A stretch of 63,881 nucleotides of DNA, the filler included, from Octopus bimaculoides (Eukaryota): NCBI RefSeq assembly GCF_001194135.2. It is 5 parts of 5 records of this genome, joined end to end, with 100 filler letters (N's around TTAATTAATTAA, not from the genome) between each part and the next. Parts side by side here need not be neighbours in the genome. Positions count along the whole stretch, not along the records: positions 33,731 to 57,542 come from NC_068985.1; 4 more parts are not named here. One strand, 5' to 3'. The position numbers and the translations under genes are program-made. Below the pieces are notes generated by a model. It did not search any database. It had not been told where the DNA came from and was given only the letters and a program-made list of their open reading frames with translations. This document shows, piece by piece, positions 39,186-52,420 of this stretch. The first letter of the stretch is position 1. The number at the start of each line of letters is the position of its first letter.

Positions 39186-40530
39186 CTCATTTGAAAAATA
39201 TCGCCTCCAAAATCGAAACCCCAGATATTTTTCTACAATGTTTTATCAGTTGTAGAAAACAGTGTACATTGAAATAATAACACACGGTCAGTGGGAATAA
39301 ATATCAATTTCAACAGTTTTGTATAACAAAAATTATTATTGCAGTTACTGGAATTCTCGAAAATGTTATTTGAAATATTACTCAAATGTTTTCTAATTAT
39401 TTGATCACCGAATTGTCTGATGTCTACCTGAATTACTAATTTAAGAATGGCAGTACTATACGAGAAAACGTTACTCACTGAATTTCACGAATAAACATTG
39501 AAATTGTTTTCAATAATCTCTATATGGAATAAGCAGTGAAACTTCCAAATAATTGGAGACTTTTAAACCATCTTCACGACAGTATCTTACCATGGAAACA
39601 GTTAAATTTTTCAATGTCTTTGTGCTTTCCTTTGCTATAAACTTAAATTATTTAAAGTTATCACAAAATCTTGCACATATTCCAGAACCAATTTCTTTAA
39701 TGAAATCTGTACACTGATTCAAGGATAGTTAACGAGGTGATACGTATCTTTTTGCCAATAAGGCTCGCGTTTCTTCTTAATTACAGTTCCATACCGCACT
39801 GCAGATGAAGGTTCCAGTAGTATAAGAGATGTTCCACAGAAATAATGTTGACAGTTACTCATTAAACCCTTATCTATGAAGGATATCATCTATTCTACAG
39901 GATGGGGGTTATTACTAGGGCGGAAAAATGACAAGACATTAATGATGAAACAAATTCTATATTAATCATGCAAAAAGCTAATTATTATTCCTAACAAAAA
40001 CGTTTTTGACTATTGATAAGAAATAAAATTTGGTTCACTACGTAGTGCAAGGAACGCTACGAGAGATTTTCATGATTTCGTAATCTCGCACAGGGAAAAT
40101 ACGAATGAGATCTCCACAGAACTTGAACTTAGAATGCAGAGCTCCAGCAAATATACCCAAAGCTACTCGACATCCTGGCTCCGCAACCAATTCGCTGTTT
40201 TGCTAGTGATTAGGAACATAATTATTATCAGTGGTCTCTCTCGTCACTATAATACACTGTCGAAATAGAAAGTATTAAGGATTTCTAAGAGGGATTGCGT
40301 AATGCCTCTAAGAGTAACTAAGTTACATCCGTATAAAAGGCCATCACACTTTATAAGGTCAAGCGTACTTTACCTATCGTAATTTCAATTTTCAAAAAGA
40401 CATTACCCCCTCCCCTCTCTCTCTCTCTCTCTCTCTCTGTATATATATATATATATATATATTATGATTGACCGTTGACTGAACACTATTCAATTTTTTT
40501 TTCTCCGTGTTTTTCTCCTTGTCTCCGTAT

Positions 40531-40567
40531 TCTTTCTGTTGAAGAGCGTAGCTCGAAACGTCAAAGA
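40531..40567 (+). ncRNA. Variant minimal hammerhead-like motif in a Penelope-type terminal repeat
   Basis: TCTTT-CTGTTGA-A-GAGC(gta)GCTC-GAAAC-GTC-AAAGA. Stems I and II are perfect, but the core has CUGUUGA instead of CUGANGA. Confidence 0.4.
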
Positions 40568-41303
40568 CTTTCCGTATTCCCGAGCGTCATACTAATATAT
40601 ACTTTTGTTATTTACACCACCTGTCCTCGTCTGTTGTTATTTTTTGTATATTCTCCCATATATATATATATATATATATGTTTCACATATTTGCTCTATG
40701 ATATAGTCTGTAAATATTAATTTAGAGGGTTCACCTTATAAATACCTTAGTATAATCAACAAAAATTTGCGATAACAGCCGCATCTGTATAATTTCGCAG
40801 AAATTAATATTGATATTTTAAGTTTTAAAATTTTACTCAATATTATTTGTTATTTTAAACGTCTCTCATTTTATACAAATAAATTATTCATTGTCAAACG
40901 TCCCAAATAATTTTTTTTATTTTCTGAATAAAATTGAATATGATGTGTTTCGTCTCGTTAAAAAATATGAAAGTATAAATAAATTATTCAAATAAACTTT
41001 CTTGAGGAAACTCACATATATAAAGGAACCCATTTTGAATACATAAATAAGCACTCACACACATACACGCACAGAGACAGACACACACATACACAAACAT
41101 ATGAACGCATATACATATATATGTGTGTGCTGTATGTTTGCTTACTTACCTATTTATGCATATGTGTGTTTGTGTGGATATATGTGCATGCATATATATC
41201 TGTGTGTATATAAATATATACACACAAATATATATATATATACATATGCATACATATACATATTTATAAACGTACACATATACATACATATATATTTATA
41301 TAC

Positions 41304-41337
<34 letters not shown>

Positions 41338-41402
41338 GAGAATATACAAATAATAACAACAGACGAGGACAGGTGGTGTAAATAACAAAAGGNNNNNNNN
41401 NN

Positions 41403-41434
<32 letters not shown>

Positions 41435-41992
41435 CGTACATAAAAAAGGTCATAAACACACGCACATATATACTTATATCTACAAACACACAAACACACA
41501 CGCACATAAACACACACACACATATTTATACACACGTTTTTGTAACCGTTTCTCATGTGTAAAATGATCTACAACCTGTTTCACATGATGTTTAGTCTCT
41601 GAAGTGAAACCATATGAATGATGTTTAGCATGGAAGTTAAGAAATCTTAAGGCTTATCACCAAAACCATCATCTACGGACGTCTCAAACTAACGTCTTAT
41701 ATATTTGCTACTTCACTTCTACTGTATATGATCTGTAAAGAAAAATGCCTCGGTAAAAAATATTAAGCAAAGTCAAGAAAGTGGGTGGTTGAGAAACTTT
41801 CAGGAATGCAAATAAAAAAGCAAAAAATGAAAAGATGGAAGAATTCAGTGGTTGACTTGCGGCTGAGAATGATAGTTATGACTTATTATTTGTATAAGTA
41901 CCATCACTATACTGTGGATTTTGACTGATTGAACACACAATGTAAACAGACGCACGTGCATACACGTGTATATATACATGTATGTATATATG

Positions 41993-42043
<51 letters not shown>

Positions 42044-43008
42044 NNNNNNNNNNNNNNNNNNNNNNNNNNNNNNNNNNNNNNNNNNNNNNNNNNNNNNNNN
42101 NNNNNNNNNNNNNNNNNNNNNNNNNNNNNNNNNNNNNNNNNNNNNNNNNNNNNNNNNNNNNNNNNNNNNNNNNNNNNNNNNNNNNNNNNNNNNNNNNNNN
42201 NNNNNNNNNNNNNNNNNNNNNNNNNNNNNNNNNNNNNNNNNNNNNNNNNNNNNNNNNNNNNNNNNNNNNNNNNNNNNNNNNNNNNNNNNNNNNNNNNNNN
42301 NNNNNNNNNNNNNNNNNNNNNNNNNNNNNNNNNNNNNNNNNNNNNNNNNNNNNNNNNNNNNNNNNNNNNNNNNNNNNNNNNNNNNNNNNNNNNNNNNNNN
42401 NNNNNNNNNNNNNNNNNNNNNNNNNNNNNNNNNNNNNNNNNNNNNNNNNNNNNNNNNNNNNNNNNNNNNNNNNNNNNNNNNNNNNNNNNNNNNNNNNNNN
42501 NNNNNNNNNNNNNNNNNNNNNNNNNNNNNNNNNNNNNNNNNNNNNNNNNNNNNNNNNNNNNNNNNNNNNNNNNNNNNNNNNNNNNNNNNNNNNNNNNNNN
42601 NNNNNNNNNNNNNNNNNNNNNNNNNNNNNNNNNNNNNNNNNNNNNNNNNNNNNNNNNNNNNNNNNNNNNNNNNNNNNNNNNNNNNNNNNNNNNNNNNNNN
42701 NNNNNNNNNNNNNNNNNNNNNNNNNNNNNNNNNNNNNNNNNNNNNNNNNNNNNNNNNNNNNNNNNNNNNNNNNNNNNNNNNNNNNNNNNNNNNNNNNNNN
42801 NNNNNNNNNNNNNCATATATTCGAAACGTCTAGTTAGAATAGAGGCAGCTGACGAAGGATTTATTCCAAGTGGCTATCTGTTTTCCTGTGTTCGTTCCGT
42901 TGTATGTAGTTCATTTTTCTAACGTCCTGTACCCTGATATGCATCTATATACACATGTAGATGTAAGTATGTACATATATGTGTGTATACATGCATATAT
43001 TTTCTTTG

Positions 43009-43039
<31 letters not shown>

Positions 43040-43269
43040 TACTCACACACGGGTGTACATATACCTACACACACACACATACATATATATGTCTACGCAT
43101 ACACGCACATACACACGCATATATACCCATGCAAGCATCACTACGCTCAGATACACATCTAAAATATATATAAAGCAATAATATATATATAAGAAATATA
43201 TATGTTAAGACATATGAAAGGCTTGTACATGGATATAATATAAAAAGCAGGTTCTATCTGTGATCTTGG

Positions 43270-43830
43270 AGGGGTCCAAAAAGTGTAGCAAATGTTTTGC
43301 TATAAGTGGACATGACCCAAAAAGTTCAGTTCTTGAATGCAGACAGGTAGCATGATCTAAAGAACATTTCTAGATGAGCCATCTTTCCATATCCCAAAGA
43401 CCGCACTTTCCACTGCCGTTGGTGTAAAGCTTACACTTGGCCAAAATCTTCCAGTGAATATTATAGCCGACACCTTTTCTTTTAAGGACCATTTATAACT
43501 AGATAATTTGGTTGTTTTCCTTTTATGTCAGTGTTTGACGCTTAAGGTGTGATTGTTGTAACTGGCTTTAAAGTTTCCTTCTGTGAGACCCACATATTTC
43601 TTTCACGAAACTATGTCCTTAGTGGTTGTAGAGTCTACGGTGATTTCATAAATGATGGCCTCGGTCATACAAGCTCCATTTAGCGGGCACAAATTTTTAA
43701 CTCTGCAGGAACAGCCGGCTTCATTTTGTTGTTTTTGTGTGTTGTGTGCAATTATATTTTTGAAGTTAGTAGTAGAACTAAATCTAATTTTTAAGTTGTG
43801 CCTATTAAAGAGCTCTTTGTTTATACGTCT
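43270..43830 (-). mobile_element. Penelope-like element GIY-YIG endonuclease remnant
   Basis: ELFNRHNLKIRFS..NFKNII.HN..GCSCRVKNLCPLNGACMTEAIIYE...YVGLTEGNFK.SYNNH...TKLSSY.W.LK...LNSRTELF, the PLE CxC..CPL.G.C..IY..YIG pattern. Confidence 0.85.
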
Positions 43831-44540
43831 ATCCGCGTATCTATATGCATGTGTGTATAAACTAAGTTTTTGTATATCCGCGTATGTATGTGTGTGCACG
43901 TGTAGAGATATGTATATGAGCGTAGTGATGCGTGCATGGGTATATATGCGTATGTATGTGCATGTATGCGTAGACATACATACAGTTCTAAACCAAAACT
44001 CTGAACTTATCTCTTCATACAAGCATGAAATCTTAAGAAACCTAGAATATTTCAACTAAATAACTTTTTCCAACGGTTAATCATGTAGATATCTCACTAG
44101 CTTCTCTAATGCCAATCTACAACCATAAACTACTGTCATAATATATATATTAAAAACGTTTCCACAGTTTTGCACTAACTACTGTGAAAATTACTTAAAA
44201 GTTCCCCTGTCTTCAATCAAATTTTCCACAAAAGATTTTCTAATATAAGTGAACAACCCTGCATACACTTAGGTGAATATATATTCGTAAACAAGGAAGC
44301 TGGAAGACCTTCTTTTCTTTATTAATTTTCATTTTAACCAAAAATGTTTTTTAAGAATTAAAATTTTAAATTTTAAAATTAGTTTCCAAATTTTTCTTTT
44401 AAATAAAATTTTTATTCCCATGTTTATACATGTGTATATACACTATTTTATAATGCCCCACTTTCGCATATATCTATCCAAGCAAAAGATAGACAAATTT
44501 TCTACTCTAACAACAACAGTGTTTGTGTGAGTGTGTGTCC

Positions 44541-44572
<32 letters not shown>

Positions 44573-45650
44573 TTATCTATCTTTATATATGTGTACGCGC
44601 GTGTGTATGTGCGCGCGTGTGTGTGTATATGTGTGTGTGTGTGTATATATGTGTGTGTGTGTGTGTGTGTGTAGATAATCTCATTGTAATTATTTTTGGA
44701 AATATACTATCGAGTTCTGAATATGTTGTTTTTCTTTATACTGACCGCTTAGGCTTCACGTTCACTCCGAAGTTTGCAAATGGAGAAGTACTCAGTAAAT
44801 GTAAAATAATGTAAGCTTGTAGGCGTATACACATGGAATTGTGTACATTTGGAAACGCACGTTGAATGTGAAACAATAGTTAACTTGAAATTAACAGATT
44901 TATCGCTCAAAACAAATATGCTTCTAGTTTTATATATATATATATATATGCAGGGTGTGTGTGGGTGTCTATATAATATTCAAAACTAATTATGTGAAAA
45001 TTGAACCAAGATATTTTAGAGCCCAAAAATCAAACCTATAACACATTTGACCAGGCGTTGTACTCTTTCATTTACAGCCAAAGTTTTAAATTGGTATTAA
45101 AATAAATACTTTACGAGACTGATCATTTCTATTCAATTAAAAAATAATTTTAAAAAATCAGAAATAAATAAATGAAAATTCCAATCAACATAATTTAGTG
45201 TTTCAATGGAAAATTGGCAGTTATAAAATGTTATTTGTTGTACAAGATAGGTTTCCGACGTGATCTGGCAACACAAATTTCATTTCCGTTATGTTGCTTG
45301 GACACAAATTTAAATAACTACCGAACACTTCGTTCAGCTTGGGTATTTTGTCACATGCACGAACTTGCAATACACATGGGTAAAAGTGCAAATTTTAAAA
45401 CAACCACCCGCGCATGTACACACACCCACATATACACTCACAACTGTATGTATATATATATATATATATTTATATATGTATTTGTATATGTGGGTGCATA
45501 TGTAAATACATATATACACATACTCACGTGTACATATATACAAAAGCACACGTATACAAACGAACGACGATACACCAATAAATATAATTATATACACATT
45601 GATAAGCGTATAAGGAATCTACGTACATAAAAATAAAACGAACACAAGCA

Positions 45651-45691
<41 letters not shown>

Positions 45692-46269
45692 AGGGCACCA
45701 ATCAGCACAATGGTAAATGACATATACAGCCATCGGCACGAACAAGTGTTGACACACCTATTTCAATAATACATGCACAAATATATATAAGAGCAAACAC
45801 ATGAGCATATACAACAGTATATTCAAGTACCATGCACTCACTCATGCATATGCGCATACACGAACACGCGTACAAGCAAACTTAAAATCTCGTTTTGTGC
45901 ATGTGTGCACAAACCGGTGCTTACACACGTAAAATTTAGTGAAACTGGAATATCAAAGAAAACATTGTGTGTGCAATAAATATAAAACATGTCAAAGTTT
46001 ACCAAATAAATTATGACATAACAGTTTCTATAGCCAGATATGGAGATGTTGACACATTTAGCTTTTGTTAACGTTCAGAATAGGCATTTGAAATAGGAAT
46101 TCAATTGTGTAATAAATATTTTCGCAGATTAACAGCATAAATTTATTTGAGTTATTGCAAGTTGAGCACGTGTGTCCTGCGAGAGTCACGGCCTGACTCT
46201 CGGCTTGTAAGTGAAATTTATTAGCTGAAACCTGTGTGTCTGTCTGTTTGTTTGTTTTCATCTTTATCT

Positions 46270-47465
46270 TTCGGTGCTATGTCTTTTCGTCCGATATCAT
46301 TTCGTCAAACGCCTTTTCTCTCACGTCTTTTGGTCCGATGATTTTTTTGTCGAACGACTTTTTGTCCAATTTTAAATAACCTCTTTAGAAAACAAGTTGA
46401 AATATCTCTAATGATATACTCACCGAACTACAACGAGCCTCGTTAAAGGATTGTTATTATTGTCCCTTCCTGTAAACAGTTTCATTTTCTCTTTTCCTTC
46501 TCTCTCCTAAGTATGGTGCTGTGTATAGGGAGTGCTACAACTTTAGTGTAGACATTTCTAATTTATCCATCCCGAAATCATAGTGTTCATAGTATCGACC
46601 AAGAACGAAAGAAAAGTAGTTGAAAGTAATTACATGTAAGATGTTCATTCAAGCAATACAAAATTAGGAAAAGAATACTAGAAATGTGAGAATATAAGGA
46701 TGTGTTCAGTGCGAATTTACACGGTAACGGAAAACAATGAGCCGAACATTATTTATTTTTCTAGTGAGCACCTTCATCCAGCTGACGTTGATTCGTTACA
46801 TGTTAGAAAAACAGAAATAAAGCATGAAGCGGTGGAAAACATAGCAGCAAGTTCACGTAGCATAATAGCGGCTAAATTCATGCAGCTTTCAGAAAATACA
46901 TGCTCTCAACTTCCTCATTTGCCTGTATTTTCAAGGACTATTGAAAGGTGCCGACAAAAAAATTGTTGATTTCCAGCTAATCCAGGGCTTTGAACTGGTT
47001 TTGAAATACCTGCAGAATATTGTAAACTTGATAATGTCGAACAGTTTCTGAAATACGATTCGGGCATTTGCATCAGAAAGTGCTCTTCATGATATAGCAT
47101 CATATCGTCATTGCGTATGTGATGGAACGCTCAAATGTGTGCCAGAACAGTGGTTTCAACTGTTTAGCATTCATGTACAAGTTTAAGGTAACAGTTTTCC
47201 AGGGCTCTTTGCATAACCGCCGAATAAAACAAAGCAGGTACACGAATTATTTTTCGAGCAATTGAAAATTATGTAACCTAATGCATATCCGCTTGATCTC
47301 ATAGCAGACATCGAAGTTAGTTGCAGTTCATAGGGCATTTAATTCATCATTCCTTAATTCATATATCGTGGCATGTTTGTTTCATTTGAGTCAATCAGTA
47401 TTTCGAAAAACTACAGATTTAAGCCTCAAAGAAAAATACAATAAATACTCTGAATTCTCTCTTAA
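46270..47465 (+). mobile_element. MULE (Mutator-like) transposase relic with FLYWCH-like N-terminus
   Basis: KEY*KCE..MCSVRIYT...EHLHP; DGTLKCVPEQWFQLFSIH; PPNKTK; ADIE; CLFHLSQSVFRK, with stops and frameshifts. Confidence 0.85.
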
Positions 47466-47504
47466 AATTCGATCTTTTTCAACATTAGCCTTCGTACCTG
47501 TTTA

Positions 47505-47815
47505 AGTTCCGGGAATGTAAATAAACCAACGCTGTTGTCAAGCGTTGGTGCGAGATAAACACAGAGACAAATACGCGTGCACGCGCACGCACACAGATGC
47601 ACACACACAGATACACACACACAGATACACACACACAGATGCATACATTTATATACGACGGGATTCTTTCAGTTTCCACCTCGTCTGACATATCCACTCA
47701 CAAGGCTTTGGGCGGCCCGAGGCTATAGTAGAAGGCACTTGCCCAAGGTGCCACGCAGGAGCTGAACCCGTAATCGTGTGGTTGGGAAGCAAATTTCTTA
47801 ACTACACAGCCATGC
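47505..47815 (-). mobile_element. SINE family A copy, decayed
   Basis: Reverse-complement similarity to the family A head and core. Confidence 0.7.
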
Positions 47816-48181
47816 ATGTGCCTGTGTTGGGAAAAACAATCGATATCTTCTGTTATCAATCGTACTATAACAATTCGACAAACAGCATCGATAGGGAGTG
47901 ATTCTATCTCATTGATACTTCAAGAAATAGATTTCGATAAGATAGCAGCTGATACGTTCACTTCGCTACTCCACGTTAGCAAGTACGATGATGCCTGTGT
48001 TTCAATGATGATATCGGATTAATACCGAAACATGGCAGTTCTCATTTCCCTTACACGTAGGATAATTGAAAATGCATTTGTTACTGGATAATATTGTTTT
48101 TGGTCACAACATATTTTCTGTCGGATTTAATGCATGATTTTTTTTCAGGATATTCCTTTTACTACTTTTCTGTATTAAATA

Positions 48182-48252
<71 letters not shown>

Positions 48253-48266
48253 AATCTATCTATCTC

Positions 48267-48333
<67 letters not shown>

Positions 48334-51300
48334 GTTTACCTGCCTCTCTGTCTACCTATTTATCCATCTGTCTGCCTGTCTACTCATCTATATGTCAGTC
48401 TGTCTCTGACTATTTGTCTGTCTCTCCCCTCTCTTTCTGTCTGTCTGTCTCTCCCTCCCCCCTCTCTCTAACTCTCTATCATCTATTTATCTATCTATAT
48501 ATAGTTAGGTAATGGAAAGAAAAGCAAACGTGGCTGTGTTTGTGCATGTTATTAAGTGTTTATGCGTGTGAAACTGTGTGCATATGTGAATTTTGTATGT
48601 ACAGATGTGTGTCTACAGCATATTTATTTCTAGTTAGCTTTTTAATGCTGCATGTATGTCAACAGCTACGTAAATATTGATATTAGCAAAACCAAGTATA
48701 TCAATCGTATGATCGTGCGATGTGGTAGAAACAAGATGACACTATCAACATTTGTATTCCATTTTATGTTCATGCTAGACAATAAATTCAGTAATAAAAA
48801 GGTATTGTAATCTCTTTCATCTTTATTATACACTGCATATATTTTACAGGTAACTGGATTCAAAACACAGCCATCTGATACCTGTAGAAATAGCAGCTAA
48901 GTCTCTCTTAGATAACACAATATTGCAGCAAAGCGGGCCGTTTAAATCATTTGAATCAAGTTGCTATTGAAGTTTTACATGCATACATGTATTTTAGTTT
49001 TAGGAAATAATTATAAAATATGATTTTTATAACGTGATATTTGCAATTCGGTTTTCGTGCTTATGGACGTGAATGTTGTGTAATGATCAAAAGTGTGCCC
49101 CTGAAAAATGGGAATCCTCCGAATGATCTCTGGGTAATGTTATTTTAAAGGGTGCGTAGCTCGGAGATCAGGGAATCTTTCCGACTGTAGCCTCTACGTC
49201 TCGCATTAAGAAGTTACATTTCCAGAACTATGAACACGTTGTTGGAGTGTCGAAGAAAAGAAAGATGGATTCTTAATGTTGAGTCAATCAACAGGAGACC
49301 TAAAGTTAAACCAAGAACGCGATGGTTGAAGACAGTTGAATAGTATCCTTAGACTCATTCGGTAGCGATTGAGAATCCAACCAGAAGGCGGAATGGTGGT
49401 TGCATCTTATAGGATACTATGAAAGAGGGACCTAAGGACTCCGCTCTAGATCTTTCCAAAAATAGCAGTCAGAGAAGAGGGATGGATGGACAATATTTTC
49501 AAGGACATTTTATACAAAGTCCGTCATGTGTCACTTAAATACCAGATATGCATAGAATAAGTTCACTATTACTGCTTTGCTGTCTTTAACAACAGAGTGA
49601 CCATCCTATAAAAATAGGACGGTTGCGACAGGAAATCCTTTGATTATAGTTGACCTCAATTGACACTTACCTGGAACCAATCGACAACAAGTGATTAGCA
49701 GTGGCGCATTTTTTCAATTGGATTGGCCAAAGAAAAATAAATACTTGTTGGTTCAGATAAGACTACAAGCTTTATAGAGCCCACTCTTGTATATATATAT
49801 ATATATATATATATAGATAAAACCCCAGCTACGTGAGTTAAAGAGAGAGTGCGTATACAGACGTTTTGATTCTCTGTAATGGTAATAGCAAATTCTTCTT
49901 TCTAGTAACTACGAAGTTATATGACCATGTACAAACGCTTATGCTCACATCGTATTTAACTGAAGACACCAACTAATAAACATGTACTAGGTTGCTCAGT
50001 TTTCTGGAAGCAGCAGTCAAGTTTTCCCCAGATCACATCATGACGTCTTCAAAGAAGGTCATATAAAGTATCGTAGGCCGGGGTTTACAATGCATGAAAA
50101 AGAAAGATGGGTGAGTCGTGGTTGAGATATAAATCATCGACTAAAAGTTCTGATTGATCAGTGCATATATGGCGCTAATAGCAACATCAGCAACAACGTC
50201 ATAAGAACAATAAAAAAACAAAAACCAAAACAACAATGAAAGCAACAGCAATAACTCCTGACGTTGAAAGAAAACAGAAAAACAGGTGAGGCAAAGATTA
50301 TTGGATTGGAAGAATCGATTGTTTTTAGATTTTATTTATGCGCCCTTTTAAAGCCTAGCCAGGCTCATGGGCTCGATTTCCCGGTTTCTATGGCCTGTGT
50401 GTTCCCCACCCCAGCTGGACGGGACGCCAGTCCATCGCAGCTTTTACTCAAGAAACAGGAAGAAAGAGTGACAGAAAGTTGGGGCGAAAGAGTACAACCG
50501 CTCCGAAACTAAGAAATTCATATAGCAAGTGATAAAGCGAGTCGAAGCTAAGGAATTGGTTGAAGCAGGCACTAGTCATACGTGGTTCTAAAGGCTCTAT
50601 CTGACAGATCTGAATAGATATTCAATGAATAGGGAATAAAGAGGAAACGAAATATTATACAATATATATATTGTTGAGTTTAATTTCAGTTCAGCTCAGA
50701 CAACCTGACTTAAGATGAAGCCGTTTATTTATTCCATCTGTCTTATTCATTCAGAACACTTTTCCCAATCATGTCTTGTTTTTCTCGAACTATTTATCCA
50801 ATCGGTCCTGTTTTTTAGATCATGAGGTGAGGCTTGAAGAAGAAAGTTTGCCCATTATTTTCAGTAGATCAAATGACCACGCATAAAAGCTCCCTCGTTG
50901 TATCATGAAGCAATAAGTTATTCATGCCTGATTCTACACAAAGGCATTCCAGCCATTATCATCGCGTCCTTTTAGGGTAAGAAGACTTAAGCTATCAAAT
51001 GCAGTGGTTCTTAACTTGGACAGTAGTAAACTTATGGAGAGTTGTAACCTGAAATATCAGCAACTATGAATAGAACACTTTAGGGGCATTGGGTGTTTAG
51101 AGATATGATTTTTTTATTCACATAATATATTTGAACCAGGTAGAATAGCTAAAAATGTTTAAACCAGATCTGATAGAAAAAAAAATTATATTTTGAAGGC
51201 ATTTTTCAAATAAACATTGTCAGAATTAAAATATAATGAGAACATTGTGTTATTAGTGGGTACAAACCTAGTTTCCTAATTTCCTTCTTATATAAGTGAT

Positions 51301-51394
51301 CACCTTCAAATAATTTCCATAAGAATTTAAGATAGCTAACACTAGGCCACTTGTACTCGCAAACATTTAAAAAGAAGCTCCAAAATGACGGGAT

Positions 51395-52420
51395 ACAAAT
51401 ATGCAGAGTGGGTGAAAAGTAAGCAGGTATCAACAATTGGTTATAAAACCCATATTTCTTCTACAAATTTATTGAAACAAATGATACATGTTCTTTATTA
51501 CATGGGAAAATGGAAGTAAATCTTTATTTTTCAACTTAAGCTCCGGTGGCATCAACCAGCTTCCTCAAACGGTTAGCGATGGAATGAACAGCATACTGAA
51601 GGACGTCATCTGAAATATCATTCAGTACCTCATGAATCCATGTCACCAACTCCTCCAGTGTGCGAGGTTTTGTCTTAAACACCTCCTCTTTTGTGTAACC
51701 CCATAGGTAAAAATCACATGGAGTGAGGTCTGGAATTCCTGGAGGCCATTTGTGAGATCCGCATCATCCCATCTAAAGTCCTGGAAAATGGTGGTCTAAC
51801 CACGCACTCACGCACGCACGCACGCACGCACGCATGCACGCACGCACGCACGCACGCACGCACAGTAAGAGTAAAATGGAGCGGTGCACTATCCGGTATG
51901 AATATCAGGTCACCAATGTTATCTCAGCCAGACACCGTAGGCCACACATAATTTTCGAACATCTGAAGATAACGGTCCGTATTCATGGTGTCACGCAGAA
52001 GATATGGGCCGACGACTCTTGTTGCCGTCATTCTGCACAAAACGGTCAGTTTTGGTGGTGCTTGCTTCCTCTCAACCGTCATGTTTGTATCCTTATCACA
52101 TGACGCCCAGTAATGGCAGTTGTGACGATTCATGAAAGCACCAACATCGAATACAGCCTCGTCACCCCAGAGGATGTTTTCAAATCATTCAGGCCAATCT
52201 TCATGCCAACTTAGCATCAACTCTCAATATTCCATTCTATGGTCACAGTCTTCAGGTTTTAACTCCAGTACAAAATGAGATTTCCAGGGACGAAAATTCA
52301 ATTCTTAATGCAACACCGTACGTATTGCGTGTCTTGTTAGCACACTTTCACGAGCTGCTTGATGTGTTGATTTTTGCGGGCTATGATTAAACATTTCTGG
52401 TACTGTTGCCTCGTTCCCCG
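51395..52420 (-). mobile_element. IS630/Tc1/mariner transposase relic, DD41D (rosa-like) spacing
   Basis: WGDEAVF..NRHNCHYW; FIPDSAPLH; WPPGIPDLTPCDFYLWG. I count 41 residues between the 2nd and 3rd catalytic D after removing a (CGTG)n expansion at about 51803-51862. Confidence 0.85.

Noticed and set aside
41845-42922. ORFs of 140-385 aa spanning N runs (also 34444-35292, 56307-56931, 58980-60210)
   Set aside because: Gap artefacts flanked by microsatellites.
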